This document shows, piece by piece, positions 20,570 to 33,524 of a DNA stretch of 62,922 bases. Every line of letters starts with the position of its first letter. The first letter of the stretch is position 1. Both the position numbers and the translations under genes were made by a program. The notes beneath the pieces are model-generated. The model ran no database searches and was not told the origin of the DNA. It saw only the letters and a program-made list of their open reading frames with translations. Origin of the DNA: Anaerolineae bacterium (GTDB lineage Bacteria > Chloroflexota > Anaerolineae > J102); NCBI GenBank assembly GCA_026991225.1, contig JALXCB010000080.1, forward strand, positions 1 through 62,922, read 5' to 3'.

Positions 20570-22525
20570 TTAGCGTCCCTCCTCCACAAGATTGGGCGTG
20601 GTTTCTCGCGAGACGTCAATCAACTCGTAGGAGGCTTCGGCCGGCACGGGCGCGGTGACGATAATGGCGGCGCCTCGGTCCGGGCCCGTCATCACCGAAA
20701 GCTGGCCCCCGATGCTTTCCGCCCGCTCCCGCATGGAAGTCAATCCAAAACCTGATGTGCGGTCGTCCGTCTGGCTGGATGTGGCGGGGAACCCAATGCC
20801 GTTATCCGAGACGCGCAGTTCCAGCCATCCTTCCGCCAGGGAAAGCTGCACATCCACGTGGTCGGCGCGAGCGTGTTTGCGCACGTTGGTCAGGGCTTCC
20901 TGGGCGATGCGCAAGAGCTGGAGGGAGACTTCGGCGGGGGCCATGAGCTCTTCGGGATGCGCGGTGAAGGTCACGTCGATGCCGGTCTGGAATGCGAAGT
21001 CTTCCACATAATTCTCCAGGTTCTCGGCCAGACGGGTGGGATCATCCCAGCGCAGGCGCAGTCCCTCGATGGCTTCGCGTACGTCCATGTAGGCGGAGCG
21101 CACCACCTGACGCATTTCGGGCAGCTCTCGCTCGACTTTCTCATATTGCCCTTTCTGCAAAAGGCGGTCCACGCGTTCGAGCTGAAAGCCCAGATAGCCC
21201 AACGTCTGGGCCAGACCATCGTGGAATTCCCGGGCCAGGCGATAGCGCTCGCGCAGCATGGCCGTCTGCTGCAATTCCTGGGAGAGCTGGGCGTTGCGCA
21301 GGGCCAGCGCAATCTGATGGGCGAAGGTCTGGAGCAGATCCGCATGTTGGGGATTGAGCCCCTGCGGGCGCTTTGTGCCCAGGAAAAGCGCGCCGAAGGC
21401 TTCGCCTTCGCTGAGCAACGGCAGGGCCGCGGCGCTGCGCAGATCATGCGACTGCCGGGCGGGCAGCGCCCGGATGATGATGGATTGGTCGGCGAAAGCC
21501 TGTTGTGCGAGTTGTTGGGCGAAGCCGAACCGCGCTGAAGAAAAATCGCCCAGACCCTGCTGGGAAAGACAAACCCACTGGTCTAACGCCTCGTCATAAA
21601 GGAAGATGGCCCCCGCCTGGGCCTTCCAGCCCATGATCGCGGTCTGGAGAGTTTGCGAGGCCAGTTCGGACAGGGATTTGTGGGTGCGAGAGGCGTCGTC
21701 CAGGGAGTGTAGGGCCTCCATCTGGCGCTCGCGGGATCGCAGACTATCGACGGCGAAGGCGATGACGCCGCCCAGGATGTTGAGCAGATGGGCCTGCTCT
21801 TCCTTGGGCCCGTCGGCCGACGGGAAATAGGCGGTGAGGATGCCGATGCGCTCCTGGTCGGTGTGGATGGGCAGACACATGAGGGACTGCACGCCATCCT
21901 GTCGGGCTGCGTCGGCCACGCCAACGAACAGGGGACAATCGCCATCTACATGGGCGTGCAGCGTGCTGCAAGTGCGACACCGCTCTGCGGCCACGCCTTC
22001 CCCCAGATAATTGCGAAAGGCCTGGGCGTAATCGTCGCTCAAGCCCCAGGCCATGGCCAGATTCAAGGTCTGTTGGTCTTCATCGAAGGTGACCAGGGTG
22101 GCGGCCTTGGCGCCGACCAGTTCGGTGGGAGCCTGCACTGCGACCTTGTACACCTCATCTTCATTGGGAGCCGAGGCGATGTACTGGCCCAGACGATCCA
22201 GCGCCAGCAGTTTCTTGTGGCTGTCCTCCAATTCGGCGAAAGCCTTGCGCAACTCCTGTTCGGTCTCCGATTGTTTGGCCGCGTTGCGGGCGATGTACGT
22301 CAATCCCCACCATGCCACAATACTCCCGGTGACGGCGTAGACCAGCACCTCCAGCCACCAGCCCACCGGCGAGTTGCGGGGTCGGATCACCGTCTGCACG
22401 AAGAGCTGATGGAGCGCAGCCAGAGCCAGCACGATCATGGGCGCGTTCCATCGCAACAGCCGCAGTTGCTTGTGCAATGGCTGTTGGCGGAGATGCTGCC
22501 AGAGACTGGCGATCTTCCCTTGCAT
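20570..22525 (-). CDS. Membrane GAF-GAF sensor histidine kinase (HisKA_3)
   Basis: 2 TM, two GAF domains, ERYRLAREFHDGLAQ, QEALTNVRKHA, DNGIGF, GFGL..MRERA; start codon uncertain. Confidence 0.9.
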   Translation of the reverse strand: MQGKIASLWQHLRQQPLHKQLRLLRWNAPMIVLALAALHQLFVQTVIRPRNSPVGWWLEVLVYAVTGSIVAWWGLTYIARNAAKQSETEQELRKAFAELEDSHKKLLALDRLGQYIASAPNEDEVYKVAVQAPTELVGAKAATLVTFDEDQQTLNLAMAWGLSDDYAQAFRNYLGEGVAAERCRTCSTLHAHVDGDCPLFVGVADAARQDGVQSLMCLPIHTDQERIGILTAYFPSADGPKEEQAHLLNILGGVIAFAVDSLRSRERQMEALHSLDDASRTHKSLSELASQTLQTAIMGWKAQAGAIFLYDEALDQWVCLSQQGLGDFSSARFGFAQQLAQQAFADQSIIIRALPARQSHDLRSAAALPLLSEGEAFGALFLGTKRPQGLNPQHADLLQTFAHQIALALRNAQLSQELQQTAMLRERYRLAREFHDGLAQTLGYLGFQLERVDRLLQKGQYEKVERELPEMRQVVRSAYMDVREAIEGLRLRWDDPTRLAENLENYVEDFAFQTGIDVTFTAHPEELMAPAEVSLQLLRIAQEALTNVRKHARADHVDVQLSLAEGWLELRVSDNGIGFPATSSQTDDRTSGFGLTSMRERAESIGGQLSVMTGPDRGAAIIVTAPVPAEASYELIDVSRETTPNLVEEGR

Positions 22526-22945
22526 GTCCAAAACTTTACTAAAATCGCGCTTTTCTGTCAATTGCTGTTCCGAAAATAGCGTTGCGTTGGTTTGTAAAAG
22601 CAACTCGAAACCCGCGTTGGGCGAGTCTGCAACGGGCGTAAAACGTGAAAACGTGAAACGCCATGTCCTCACGCATCACGTTTCACTCGTCATGTCTTCG
22701 GCTCCCCGCGCGGCCCTGGCCGCGAGACGTTTTCATCGGTATGGGCGAGCGGCCGCGCGTGGCGCCTGCTATGAAAATAGATTTGGTGGACCGGTACACC
22801 AGTAGACCAGGAAGGCGGCCCGGTTTTTCTGGTTTCCTGGTTTACCGGTTTACGGGGCTACATAGCCCCCCCATTTTCACCGCCTCGGCGCGGACTTGTC
22901 CCCGGCATTTTCCCAAAAATCCCCACTCTGCGGTAGACTAACCCC

Positions 22946-23488
22946 ATGCTTCCCACGTATTCTCCCAAACTTCCCGGCCTGAATATCAGTGTGGGCTCAT
23001 TCCTGCCCCGCATTCTCCTCCCCAGCTCCGAAGAGCTGGAACTGGCCCCCATCGACATGGTGGAGCCGGGCGCGCTGGCCGTGTGCATCTACAACCCCGC
23101 TCCGGTCAATCCCTTTCCCTTGCCTCCGCCCGGTCTCGATTATCCCGCCCGCCTGGCCATGCTGGATGCGCGGGGGGTGGGAATCTACGTCATCAGCGGC
23201 CTGCCCCTGCCCAAGCTGGCGAGCTGGCGCGAGCTGGTGGGACTGGAGATTCCCTATCTGAGCGATGAAAAGGGCGCATTCGCGGTCGAGGTCGGCATTC
23301 CCATCAAACAGGTGGATGAGCGCAACTTCCGCACCCACGCCGCGTTCGTCCTGCACGAGGATCGGGTGCTGGCCATCCTGCTGGAGACGGACCTGGCGCA
23401 CAATTTCGAGGGCTTGCTGGCCGCGCTGGATGTGGCCGAAGGCCGCGAGCCGGGGCGTTATGAGCTGCCCGACAAACCGACTTACTGA
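22946..23488 (+). CDS. Peroxiredoxin/AhpC-TSA-like redoxin-fold protein (atypical)
   Basis: IPYLSD..GAFA..VG..THAAFVL pattern; no canonical PxxxTxxC. Confidence 0.55.
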   Translation: MLPTYSPKLPGLNISVGSFLPRILLPSSEELELAPIDMVEPGALAVCIYNPAPVNPFPLPPPGLDYPARLAMLDARGVGIYVISGLPLPKLASWRELVGLEIPYLSDEKGAFAVEVGIPIKQVDERNFRTHAAFVLHEDRVLAILLETDLAHNFEGLLAALDVAEGREPGRYELPDKPTY

Positions 23489-23627
23489 ACCGCGTTGCCA
23501 GTTACGCCAAAGTTCGTTCACTTATAATACGGATGAAAGGCCACAGATAGGAATAAGTATCATTCCAGAGGATGTCGTTTTTTATCCGTGTTTTCCCCGC
23601 CAGGCGTATTGCGTTGGTTGATGCGTT

Positions 23628-24383
23628 ATGTCTCTGCCTCGATTGATCGGTCTGCGCACCTACGTGCGCGATGTGGATGCGGCCAGGGCCTTCTGGCGGC
23701 GGCATTTTCGGATGGATTTCGCGACCAGGGACGGGATAGGATGGAGCCATGTGGGGGATGTGGCCTGGGAGCTTTGGCCCGGGGGGAGGTTCTGCGGGAC
23801 GCGCGGGCCGCATCACGCCCTGCCCGTCTTCGCCATCGACGATTTCGGCCGCGCCCGCGGCTATCTGCTGGCCCATGACATTCCCATCGTCTTCGAGGAG
23901 ATGATTCCGGGCCTGAATCTGGTCGTCTTTCTGGACCCGGACAGCAATCCCTTCGAACTGGCGCAGGAGACGGCCCCGGACGCCTGGGATATCGCCCAAC
24001 GCAAGGCATTGCGCACAAAGCGCCGTCAGGATGCGCCTCAGGATGAGCCCATCGCTCTGCAAGGTCTGGCCGAACTGACCATCTACACCCACGACATCAC
24101 CGCCAGCGTGCATTTCTACCGCGATCTGGTGGGCCTGCCCGTGGGCCTCTCCTACTTCGCGCATGTGCATCTGGCCGCGGAGAACGTCCCGGTGGTGCTG
24201 CGCACGACGCGGTGGCGGTGCAAATCGCCCCATCAGCTTCATGGCTCCGAACCTATCTTTGGCGGGATGGATTTGGAGGCGCTGGCGGGGCGTCTGCTGG
24301 CGGAGGGGGTCTCGCCGGAGCCTGAGGAGGATGGCGTCGTCGCGCGTGATCCCGCGGGCGTCCGGGTGCATTTTCGGGCGTGA
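23628..24383 (+). CDS. VOC/glyoxalase-family protein (two domains)
   Basis: YVRDVDAARAFW, FLDPDSNPFEL, FYRDLVGL, RDPAG. Confidence 0.8.
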   Translation: MSLPRLIGLRTYVRDVDAARAFWRRHFRMDFATRDGIGWSHVGDVAWELWPGGRFCGTRGPHHALPVFAIDDFGRARGYLLAHDIPIVFEEMIPGLNLVVFLDPDSNPFELAQETAPDAWDIAQRKALRTKRRQDAPQDEPIALQGLAELTIYTHDITASVHFYRDLVGLPVGLSYFAHVHLAAENVPVVLRTTRWRCKSPHQLHGSEPIFGGMDLEALAGRLLAEGVSPEPEEDGVVARDPAGVRVHFRA

Positions 24384-24480
24384 AATTTTTACTCTGTGCA
24401 ATTTGGCGCGAAATCCGTTCTTGGGGTATACTCTAGCCCGTTCGAGCAGGCTTCTACGCGCTTTCCTTTTTGGCAATTCC

Positions 24481-24750
24481 ATGCGACGTCAGAATGCAAC
24501 GACGCATCCTGATTGGGTGCATCTCACAATCAAGCTCATCATTCTCGTCGGTTTGACCCTGCTCTTGCCGCTCTTTTTGGGCGTGGTTTTCGATATCCTT
24601 GCTGATTCCGCTCCCCTGGGAACGTTGTTTGGCATGCTCTCAGGGATATTTCTGGCGACCATACTGATAATTCGCACTATCCAAACGCGCTATCTGACCC
24701 TTGCTCCGGTTTCTGAAGCCGAAAACGAAGAAAAAGGAGAATCGTCCTGA
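24481..24750 (+). CDS. AtpZ/AtpI-family small membrane protein
   Basis: 2 TM with GVVFD..PLGTLFG; first gene of the atp operon; stop overlaps the atpB ATG. Confidence 0.7.
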   Translation: MRRQNATTHPDWVHLTIKLIILVGLTLLLPLFLGVVFDILADSAPLGTLFGMLSGIFLATILIIRTIQTRYLTLAPVSEAENEEKGESS

Positions 24751-25781
24751 TGAGCACATTGCTCAAGCCGAAAACCCTTGCCATCATCATTGGGACCATC
24801 GCTTTGGTGGTCATCGCCATTTTATTCTTCCGGGTGCCGCTGCCGACCATCCTGCTCCCCGGCGAAGCTATCCCCGGATGGAAGATCGGCAGCTTCCAGA
24901 TCACGAACACCTTCGTCGCCACCATCATTGCGGATATCATCGTGTTGGCGTTGAGTTTTCTGGCTGTGCGGAAGATGCAGGAAGTGCCGGAAAGCAAACT
25001 CCAGAATATCTTCGAATGGGTGTATGAGATTTTCGAAGGCATGTTGATGGACATTGGGGGCAAGGAAAAAGCGAAGGCCTGGGTGGGCGTCTTCCTGACA
25101 TTGTTGCTGTTCCTTCTTTTCGCCAACTGGATGGAGTTGGTGCCGGGCATCGACAGCATTGGGGTCATTGAACCTTTGGAAGTGGCTTACGCTGAGAAAG
25201 GCGTCACCGTGGGCTACAATATCAAGCATATCGGCCCGTTTATTACTTTGACTTCGGAGCAGGTCAAGTTGACGGATGAAGAACGGGCGTCGATTGTCGA
25301 GGAGGCGGAAAAGGCGGAAGCTGCGGGACACGAATATCATCCTGAAAATCCCAAGGGGTATGTGTTGACGCCGTATGTGCGCGCGGCCACCACGGATTTG
25401 AATCTGACCATCGGTCTGGCGCTGTTGGTCATTATCTGGAGTCAGATTGTCGGCTTCCGCCGTCTCGGATTCAAATATATCCGCCGTTTTGCCATGCCGC
25501 ACATCACCGGCATGAAGCCTGTCGATATAATCGTGGGTCTGTTGGAGTTCATCTCGGAATTCGCCAAGATTATCAGCCTCAGCTTCCGGTTGTTTGGCAA
25601 CATCTTCGCCGGACAGGTGCTGCTGTTCGTCATGGCGTTTTTGATTTCCTTCCTCCTGCCTTTGCCTTTCTTTGGCCTGGAGCTCTTCGTTGGCTTCATG
25701 CAGGCGTTCGTGTTCGCCCTCCTCACGTTCATCTATTTCGAGCAGGCCACCCATAGCTACGCGGGCGACGAGCATCACTAA
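24750..25781 (+). CDS. atpB: F0 ATP synthase subunit a
   Basis: QNIFE, ANWMELVPG, TTDLN, SLSFRLFGNIFAG, QAFVF. Confidence 0.96.
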   Translation: MSTLLKPKTLAIIIGTIALVVIAILFFRVPLPTILLPGEAIPGWKIGSFQITNTFVATIIADIIVLALSFLAVRKMQEVPESKLQNIFEWVYEIFEGMLMDIGGKEKAKAWVGVFLTLLLFLLFANWMELVPGIDSIGVIEPLEVAYAEKGVTVGYNIKHIGPFITLTSEQVKLTDEERASIVEEAEKAEAAGHEYHPENPKGYVLTPYVRAATTDLNLTIGLALLVIIWSQIVGFRRLGFKYIRRFAMPHITGMKPVDIIVGLLEFISEFAKIISLSFRLFGNIFAGQVLLFVMAFLISFLLPLPFFGLELFVGFMQAFVFALLTFIYFEQATHSYAGDEHH

Positions 25782-25878
25782 TCAAAGGTCAATGACTAAA
25801 GATTAAGAAAATCAGGAGTTTTTCTTGCTGAACAGATTAATCTTTGGTCTTCAATCTTTCGGCTCTTTTTATCATTGA

Positions 25879-26157
<279 letters not shown>

Positions 26158-26208
26158 GACCGCGGATGAGCTATCGCTTTCGCCTTCACAGCACAAGGAG
26201 GTTGATGT

Positions 26209-26700
26209 ATGGCGGCTTTAGGCCTGAATCTTAATTATCTGATATCGTATATCGTCAATTTCTTCCTGCTCTACTTCCTGCTGAAGAAGTTCGTCTTCCC
26301 GGCGGTCTCGCAGATGCTGGAAGACCGCAAGAAGCGGATTGCGGAAGGATTGGCGGCCGCGGATGTGGCCCGTCGCGAGGCGGAAGAGGAGCGCAAGAAG
26401 CTGATGGCGCAGCTCGAAGCGGAGCGGGCCGAGGCCCAGAAGCGCGTCGCCGCGGCGTCGGCGCAGGCCGAGAAGGTGCGGGAGGAGATCCTGGCCCAGG
26501 CCCGTCGCGAGGCCGAGGAGATCAAGACCCGCGCCATCGAGGAAGCCGAGGCCGAGAAGCAGCGCATCCTGGCCGAAGCGCACAAGCAGATCGCGGAGCT
26601 GGCGCTGCTGGCCGCGGAACGCGTCGTGCGGGAAGGGCTGGATGAAACCGTCCAGCACAAGATCATCGAAGACTTCCTGTCTCAAGTGAGCCTGAACTGA
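26209..26700 (+). CDS. atpF: F0 ATP synthase subunit b
   Basis: N-terminal TM (VNFFLL), LEDRKKRI, coiled coil. Confidence 0.95.
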   Translation: MAALGLNLNYLISYIVNFFLLYFLLKKFVFPAVSQMLEDRKKRIAEGLAAADVARREAEEERKKLMAQLEAERAEAQKRVAAASAQAEKVREEILAQARREAEEIKTRAIEEAEAEKQRILAEAHKQIAELALLAAERVVREGLDETVQHKIIEDFLSQVSLN

Positions 26701-26702
26701 TC

Positions 26703-27224
26703 ATGGAACGAACGCCCGAAGCGTACACCCGAAGCATCCTGGCCATCGCCCTGGAACCCTGGCTGGATGGCCTGACCGCGGTCAAAACCGCGTATGAGAC
26801 CGACGCCAAGCTTCGGGGCAAGCTGGATAATCCCACCATCGAGATCAAGGACAAGCTGGCGCTTCTGGAAGGCGTGCTGCCCGAAGGCTCACCCCCGGAG
26901 CTGCGCAAGTTCCTGGGCGTGCTGCTCACCCATAACGACTTCGGGCTCATCGATGAGATCGTCGAGGCGTTGAGTCGGACGTTGGTGGAGGAAGCCGCAG
27001 GCCCGCAGAAAGCGGTTATCACCACCGCGGTCGAACTCACCGACGAGGAACGCGAGAAGCTCGAAAAGCGCCTCATGGAACGCTTCGGCGCCAATATCGA
27101 GTTCACCTACCAGGTGGACCCGGACATCCTGGGCGGCGTCATCGTTCAGGTCGGCGACAAGCTCATCGATGACAGCGTCCGCGGGCGGTTGCAAGCCCTG
27201 CGCCAGAAGCTCGGCGTGTCGTGA
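26703..27224 (+). CDS. atpH: F1 ATP synthase subunit delta
   Basis: VDPDILGGVIVQVGDKLIDDSVRGRL. Confidence 0.95.
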   Translation: MERTPEAYTRSILAIALEPWLDGLTAVKTAYETDAKLRGKLDNPTIEIKDKLALLEGVLPEGSPPELRKFLGVLLTHNDFGLIDEIVEALSRTLVEEAAGPQKAVITTAVELTDEEREKLEKRLMERFGANIEFTYQVDPDILGGVIVQVGDKLIDDSVRGRLQALRQKLGVS

Positions 27225-27364
27225 TCGTGAATCGTAAAACGTGAACCGTGAGGATGCTCGCGTCATGTTTCACGTATCACGTTTCACGGCTGGCCCTGGC
27301 AAATGACTTTTTCGAGTGAGAAAGCTGGGGGCCAGCATCCCATTTCAATTGAGGAAAGAAACCT

Positions 27365-28870
27365 ATGGCAGTCGGATTCGACGATTACACCCGACAGTTA
27401 AAAGAACAAATCCTGGAGTTCGAGGCTCCGCCCAGCGTGGTGGATGTGGGAACCGTGGTCGAGGTGGGCGATGGCATCGCCCGCATCCACGGTTTGCAGA
27501 ACGCCATGGCCAGCGAAATTCTCGAATTCTCCACAGGCACCCTGGGCATCGCCCTGAACCTGGATGAGGATTCGGTGGGCGCCATCATCATGGGCGACTA
27601 CTCCGGCATCCAGGAAGGGGATATCGTGCGCAGCACGGGGCGCATCGCATCCGTGCCTGTGGGCGACGCGCTCATCGGTCGCGTTGTCAACGCCCTGGGC
27701 CAGCCTATCGATGGCAAAGGCCCCATCGAGACCGATAAGTTCCGGCCGGTGGAGCGCATCGCGCCCGGCGTCGTCTATCGCAAGAGCGTGGACACCCCGG
27801 TGCAGACGGGCATCAAGGCCATCGACGCCATGATCCCCATCGGTCGCGGCCAGCGCGAGCTCATCATCGGCGACCGTCAGACCGGCAAGACCGCCATCGC
27901 CATCGACACCATCATCAACCAGAAGGGCCAGGACCTGATCTGCATCTATGTGGCCATCGGCCAGAAGCGGTCCAGCGTGGCCCAGGTGGTGGCGACGCTG
28001 GAGAAGTACGGGGCCATGGACCACACCATCATCGTGGCGGCCACCGCGTCCGAGCCCGCGGCCTTGCAATATCTCGCCCCCTATGCGGGCGCAGCCATGG
28101 GCGAGGAGTTCATGGAGCAGGGCAAGGACGCCCTCATCGTCTACGACGATCTGAGCAAGCACGCCTGGGCTTATCGCCAGGTCTCCCTGCTGCTGCGCCG
28201 CCCTCCTGGCCGTGAGGCTTACCCCGGCGACGTCTTCTACCTGCACAGCCGTCTGCTGGAACGCGCGGCCAAGCTGGCTCCGGAATATGGCGGCGGCTCC
28301 CTCACCGCCCTGCCCATCATCGAAACCCAGGCCGGCGACGTGTCCGCCTACATCCCCACCAACGTCATCTCCATCACCGACGGGCAGATCTACCTGGAGG
28401 CCGACCTCTTCTACGCGGGCATCCGCCCCGCCCTGAACGTGGGCCTCTCCGTCTCCCGCGTGGGCTCCGCAGCCCAAACCAAGGCCATGAAGCAGGTGGC
28501 GGGCAAGATGAAGCTGGAGCTGGCCCAGGGCCGCGAGCTGGCCGCATTCGCCCAGTTCGGCTCCGACCTGGACCCGGCCACCCAGCGCCAATTGGACCGC
28601 TTCCAGCGCCTGACCCAGCTCCTCAAGCAGCCTCAGTACCAGCCCCTTTCCCTGGCCCGAGAGGTCATGGTCATCTACGCGGGCACCCACGGCTACATCG
28701 ACCACATCGACATCGAACGCATCCCCGAATGGGAGCAGCAGTTCTATCAGTTCATGGATGCGAACTATCCCGATGTGGGCAACGCCATCGAGCGGGAGAA
28801 GAAGCTCACGCCCGAGATCGAAGAAAGCCTGAAACACGCCATTGAGGAATTCAACAAGCAGTTTGTCTAA
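27365..28870 (+). CDS. atpA: F1 ATP synthase subunit alpha
   Basis: [26 protein letters not shown]. Confidence 0.98.
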   Translation: MAVGFDDYTRQLKEQILEFEAPPSVVDVGTVVEVGDGIARIHGLQNAMASEILEFSTGTLGIALNLDEDSVGAIIMGDYSGIQEGDIVRSTGRIASVPVGDALIGRVVNALGQPIDGKGPIETDKFRPVERIAPGVVYRKSVDTPVQTGIKAIDAMIPIGRGQRELIIGDRQTGKTAIAIDTIINQKGQDLICIYVAIGQKRSSVAQVVATLEKYGAMDHTIIVAATASEPAALQYLAPYAGAAMGEEFMEQGKDALIVYDDLSKHAWAYRQVSLLLRRPPGREAYPGDVFYLHSRLLERAAKLAPEYGGGSLTALPIIETQAGDVSAYIPTNVISITDGQIYLEADLFYAGIRPALNVGLSVSRVGSAAQTKAMKQVAGKMKLELAQGRELAAFAQFGSDLDPATQRQLDRFQRLTQLLKQPQYQPLSLAREVMVIYAGTHGYIDHIDIERIPEWEQQFYQFMDANYPDVGNAIEREKKLTPEIEESLKHAIEEFNKQFV

Positions 28871-28959
28871 AGATTAAAGACTAAAGATTAAAAAGACGGC
28901 GAGTTTGAGCGCGGCAACTTAATCTTTAGTCATTAGTCTTTTTCCCTAAGGAGTCTCCA

Positions 28960-29868
28960 TTGGCTACCACACGTGAGATCAAGCGACGCATCCGCAGCGT
29001 CAAAAATATCGCCCAGGTGACCAAGGCCATGGAGGCGGTGTCCGCCTCGAAGATGCGGCGCGCGCAGGAGCAGGTGCAGGCCACCCGGCCTTACGCCACC
29101 AAAGCCCAGGAGGTGCTGGCCTTTCTGGCCCGCATCCGCCCCGCCTACGCCTCCTCCCAGCCCCTGCTTCAGCAGCGGGAGGAGCGCAGCATCGGCATGT
29201 TGCTCATTACCGCGGACCGCGGCCTGGCGGGCGGCCTGAATCACAACATGATCATGCACGCCGCCCGGCAGATCACCGCCTGGCAGGATGAAGGCAAGTC
29301 GGTGGAGCTGGTGACCGTGGGCAAGAAGGGCCGCGACTGGATGCGCAAATATGGCCCGCCCATCCGCGCGGAGTTCGTGGGTATCGGCGACCGACCCGCC
29401 AGCCAACATCTCCAGGCCAAGTTTCGCAGCAAGGCCACGACCGAAGTCGGGCCTATCGCCCGCATCCTCATGGATGATTTCGCCGCGGAGCGGTATGACG
29501 CGGTCTATGTGGCCTACACCAAATTCATCAACACGGTGAAGCAGGAGCCGGTGGTGGAGAAAATCCTGCCCATCGTGCCCGATGAGACCGCGCCCGCCGA
29601 CATGGCCATTGATTACATCTTCGAACCCGACGCCGAAACGGTGTTGAGCCAGATCTTGCAAAGCCTGCTGGAGATCGAAATCCTCCAGGCGCTTTTCGAG
29701 GCCATCGCCAGCGAGCATTCCGCCCGCATGGTAGCCATGCGCAACGCCACCGACGCCGCGGAGGAGCTCATCAGCGATCTCACGCTTACCTACAACAAAG
29801 CCCGACAGCATTCCATCACCATGGCCTTGCTCGATATCGCAGGCGCGGTGACGGCGTTGGAGAAATAA
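28960..29868 (+). CDS. atpG: F1 ATP synthase subunit gamma
   Basis: IKRRIRSVKN..TKAM, DRGLAG, SEHSARMVAM; TTG start. Confidence 0.96.
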   Translation: MATTREIKRRIRSVKNIAQVTKAMEAVSASKMRRAQEQVQATRPYATKAQEVLAFLARIRPAYASSQPLLQQREERSIGMLLITADRGLAGGLNHNMIMHAARQITAWQDEGKSVELVTVGKKGRDWMRKYGPPIRAEFVGIGDRPASQHLQAKFRSKATTEVGPIARILMDDFAAERYDAVYVAYTKFINTVKQEPVVEKILPIVPDETAPADMAIDYIFEPDAETVLSQILQSLLEIEILQALFEAIASEHSARMVAMRNATDAAEELISDLTLTYNKARQHSITMALLDIAGAVTALEK

Positions 29869-29942
29869 TTTGGGCTAAATATAGCCATTCTCCCTGACAT
29901 TGACCTGAAACGAAGTTTCATTCCCAAGCACAAAACACGTAA

Positions 29943-31439
<1,497 letters not shown>

Positions 31440-31575
31440 CGCCAGCCGCCTGATCCCTCGCCGCTTCATGGTCATTCAAACTTCTCAAGATGAATGATTA
31501 AAGATTGAGCATCTCACCCTGGCATAGCGGATGCGTTCCTTTAATCTTCGATCTTTAATCCTTTAATTTCGACCC

Positions 31576-32055
31576 ATGGCAAAAACCCACTTCTCCCTCA
31601 TCGCCCAGGACCGCATCGTCTACGAAGATGATGTGGACATGGTCATCCTGCCCGGCTCGTCTGGCGTCTTTGCGGCGCTGTCCAAACACGCGCCCCTGAT
31701 GGCGACGCTGCAGCCGGGCGAAATTCTCGTGCGCAAGGAAGGCGAGGAAGACCGCTATTTCGCGGTGGGCGGCGGCTTCGCCGAAGTGCGTCCCGACGAG
31801 GTCATCGTCCTGGCCCGCTCGGCGGAATCCGCCGAGGAAATCGACATCCAGCGGGCGGAAGAAGCCATGCGCCGGGCCCAGGAATATCTGGCCAGCCCCG
31901 AAAAGGATCGGGACCTGGAACGCCGTCTGGCCATGGAAGCCGCGTTGCGCCGCTCCCTGGCCCGCATGAAGGTGGCCCGCAAGCGAGCGGATGTACGCGC
32001 TCGCGGGGTCGAACGCGGTCCGCTCCCTCCCCAACGGGAAGAAGAGCGGGAATAG
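31576..32055 (+). CDS. atpC: F1 ATP synthase subunit epsilon
   Basis: PG..G...L.KHAP, GGFAEV, EEID..RA. Confidence 0.95.
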   Translation: MAKTHFSLIAQDRIVYEDDVDMVILPGSSGVFAALSKHAPLMATLQPGEILVRKEGEEDRYFAVGGGFAEVRPDEVIVLARSAESAEEIDIQRAEEAMRRAQEYLASPEKDRDLERRLAMEAALRRSLARMKVARKRADVRARGVERGPLPPQREEERE

Positions 32056-32363
32056 ACAACCTTCCCCAAACGGCTCATCCTTCTGAATTTCATCCCATCC
32101 GCCGGGCGTTTCCCCTAACGTCCGGCTTTTTCATGGGAATGGGGATTGTTGATCCTTCCCGTTCTGCACTATAATCCGTTCGTAAATAACGTTGCGTTCG
32201 TCTGCAAGAACAATTCGAAGTCCATTTGGGCGAGTCGGCAACGGACGTAATGCGTAATGCGTAATTCGTGACGACCTTACGCATCACGCATTACGCATTA
32301 CGTGACCGGCTTCCCACGCCAGATCGGCTGGCATATTTCATCTTTCATTCGAGGCTTTATTGT

Positions 32364-33368
32364 ATGTTCGAAAAACAAATCGGCATTGATCTAGGCACAG
32401 TCAACGTCCTGGTCTACGTGGTGGGCAAGGGCGTGATGTTGCAGGAACCCAGCGTGGTCGCCATCTCCACGCGGGACAATAAGATCGTGGCGGTGGGCAG
32501 CGACGCCGCCGATATGATCGGTCGCGTGCCAGAAAGCATTCGCGTCTTCCGGCCCGTGCGCGATGGCGTCATCGCCGACTATTTCGTCACCACGGCCATG
32601 CTGCGTCACTTCATCCGCAAAGTCGTGGGCCGCAACCCCCTTTTCCGCCCTCAGGTGATGATGAGCTCTCCCAAGGGCATCACCAGCGTGGAACGCCGCG
32701 CGGTGTACGACGCGGCCATCAGCGCCGGAGCCAAGGAAGCCTACCTTATCCCCGAGCCCCTGGCCGCAGCGTATGGCGTGGGCCTGCCCATCCACACCCC
32801 CACCGGGAACATGGTGGTGGATATCGGCGGCGGCACCACCGAAGCCGCGGTCGTCTCCATGAATGATATCGTCGTGTGGAGCAGCATCCGCGTGGGCGGC
32901 AACCGCATCGACCAGGCCATCATCAACTACATTCGCAAGAAATACAACCTGATCATCGGCGACCAGACCGCCGAGCAGTTGAAGATACAGATCGGCTCCG
33001 CCTTGCCTCTGGAAGATGAACTCACCCTGGAAGTGCGCGGGCGCAATCAGGTCTCCGGCCTGCCCAAGACCATCACCGTCACCTCGGAGGAGGTCATGGA
33101 GGCCATGACCGAGCCCCTGCGCCAGATCGTGAACACGGTCAAGCAGACGTTGGAGAAAACCCCGCCCGAACTGGCTTCTGATATCATCGACCGGGGCATC
33201 GTGCTCACCGGCGGCACGGCTCAACTCCACAATATCGACAATCTTCTCACTCGCGAAACGGGCGTGCCCTGCTATGTGGGCGACAATCCCGTGGCGGCCG
33301 TCGTCATTGGCGCAGGCAAAGCCATCGAAAACCTGGATATCATGCGCCGTTTCCTGCCGGAAGTCTAG
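32364..33368 (+). CDS. mreB: Rod shape-determining protein MreB
   Basis: [26 protein letters not shown]; start ATG 32364. Confidence 0.96.
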   Translation: MFEKQIGIDLGTVNVLVYVVGKGVMLQEPSVVAISTRDNKIVAVGSDAADMIGRVPESIRVFRPVRDGVIADYFVTTAMLRHFIRKVVGRNPLFRPQVMMSSPKGITSVERRAVYDAAISAGAKEAYLIPEPLAAAYGVGLPIHTPTGNMVVDIGGGTTEAAVVSMNDIVVWSSIRVGGNRIDQAIINYIRKKYNLIIGDQTAEQLKIQIGSALPLEDELTLEVRGRNQVSGLPKTITVTSEEVMEAMTEPLRQIVNTVKQTLEKTPPELASDIIDRGIVLTGGTAQLHNIDNLLTRETGVPCYVGDNPVAAVVIGAGKAIENLDIMRRFLPEV

Positions 33369-33524
33369 CGCGTTCGAAGACCATGCGCGCGCAGGTTTCG
33401 CCTTCAGATCGATGACCAGATGACCTGTTTCACCCATGCTGGCGACGGCGGCCCCTCACGAAACGATGGATTTTTCTGACAACAACGCACTTTGTCTCCA
33501 AATTGGAATGCACTCCACCCGTGC

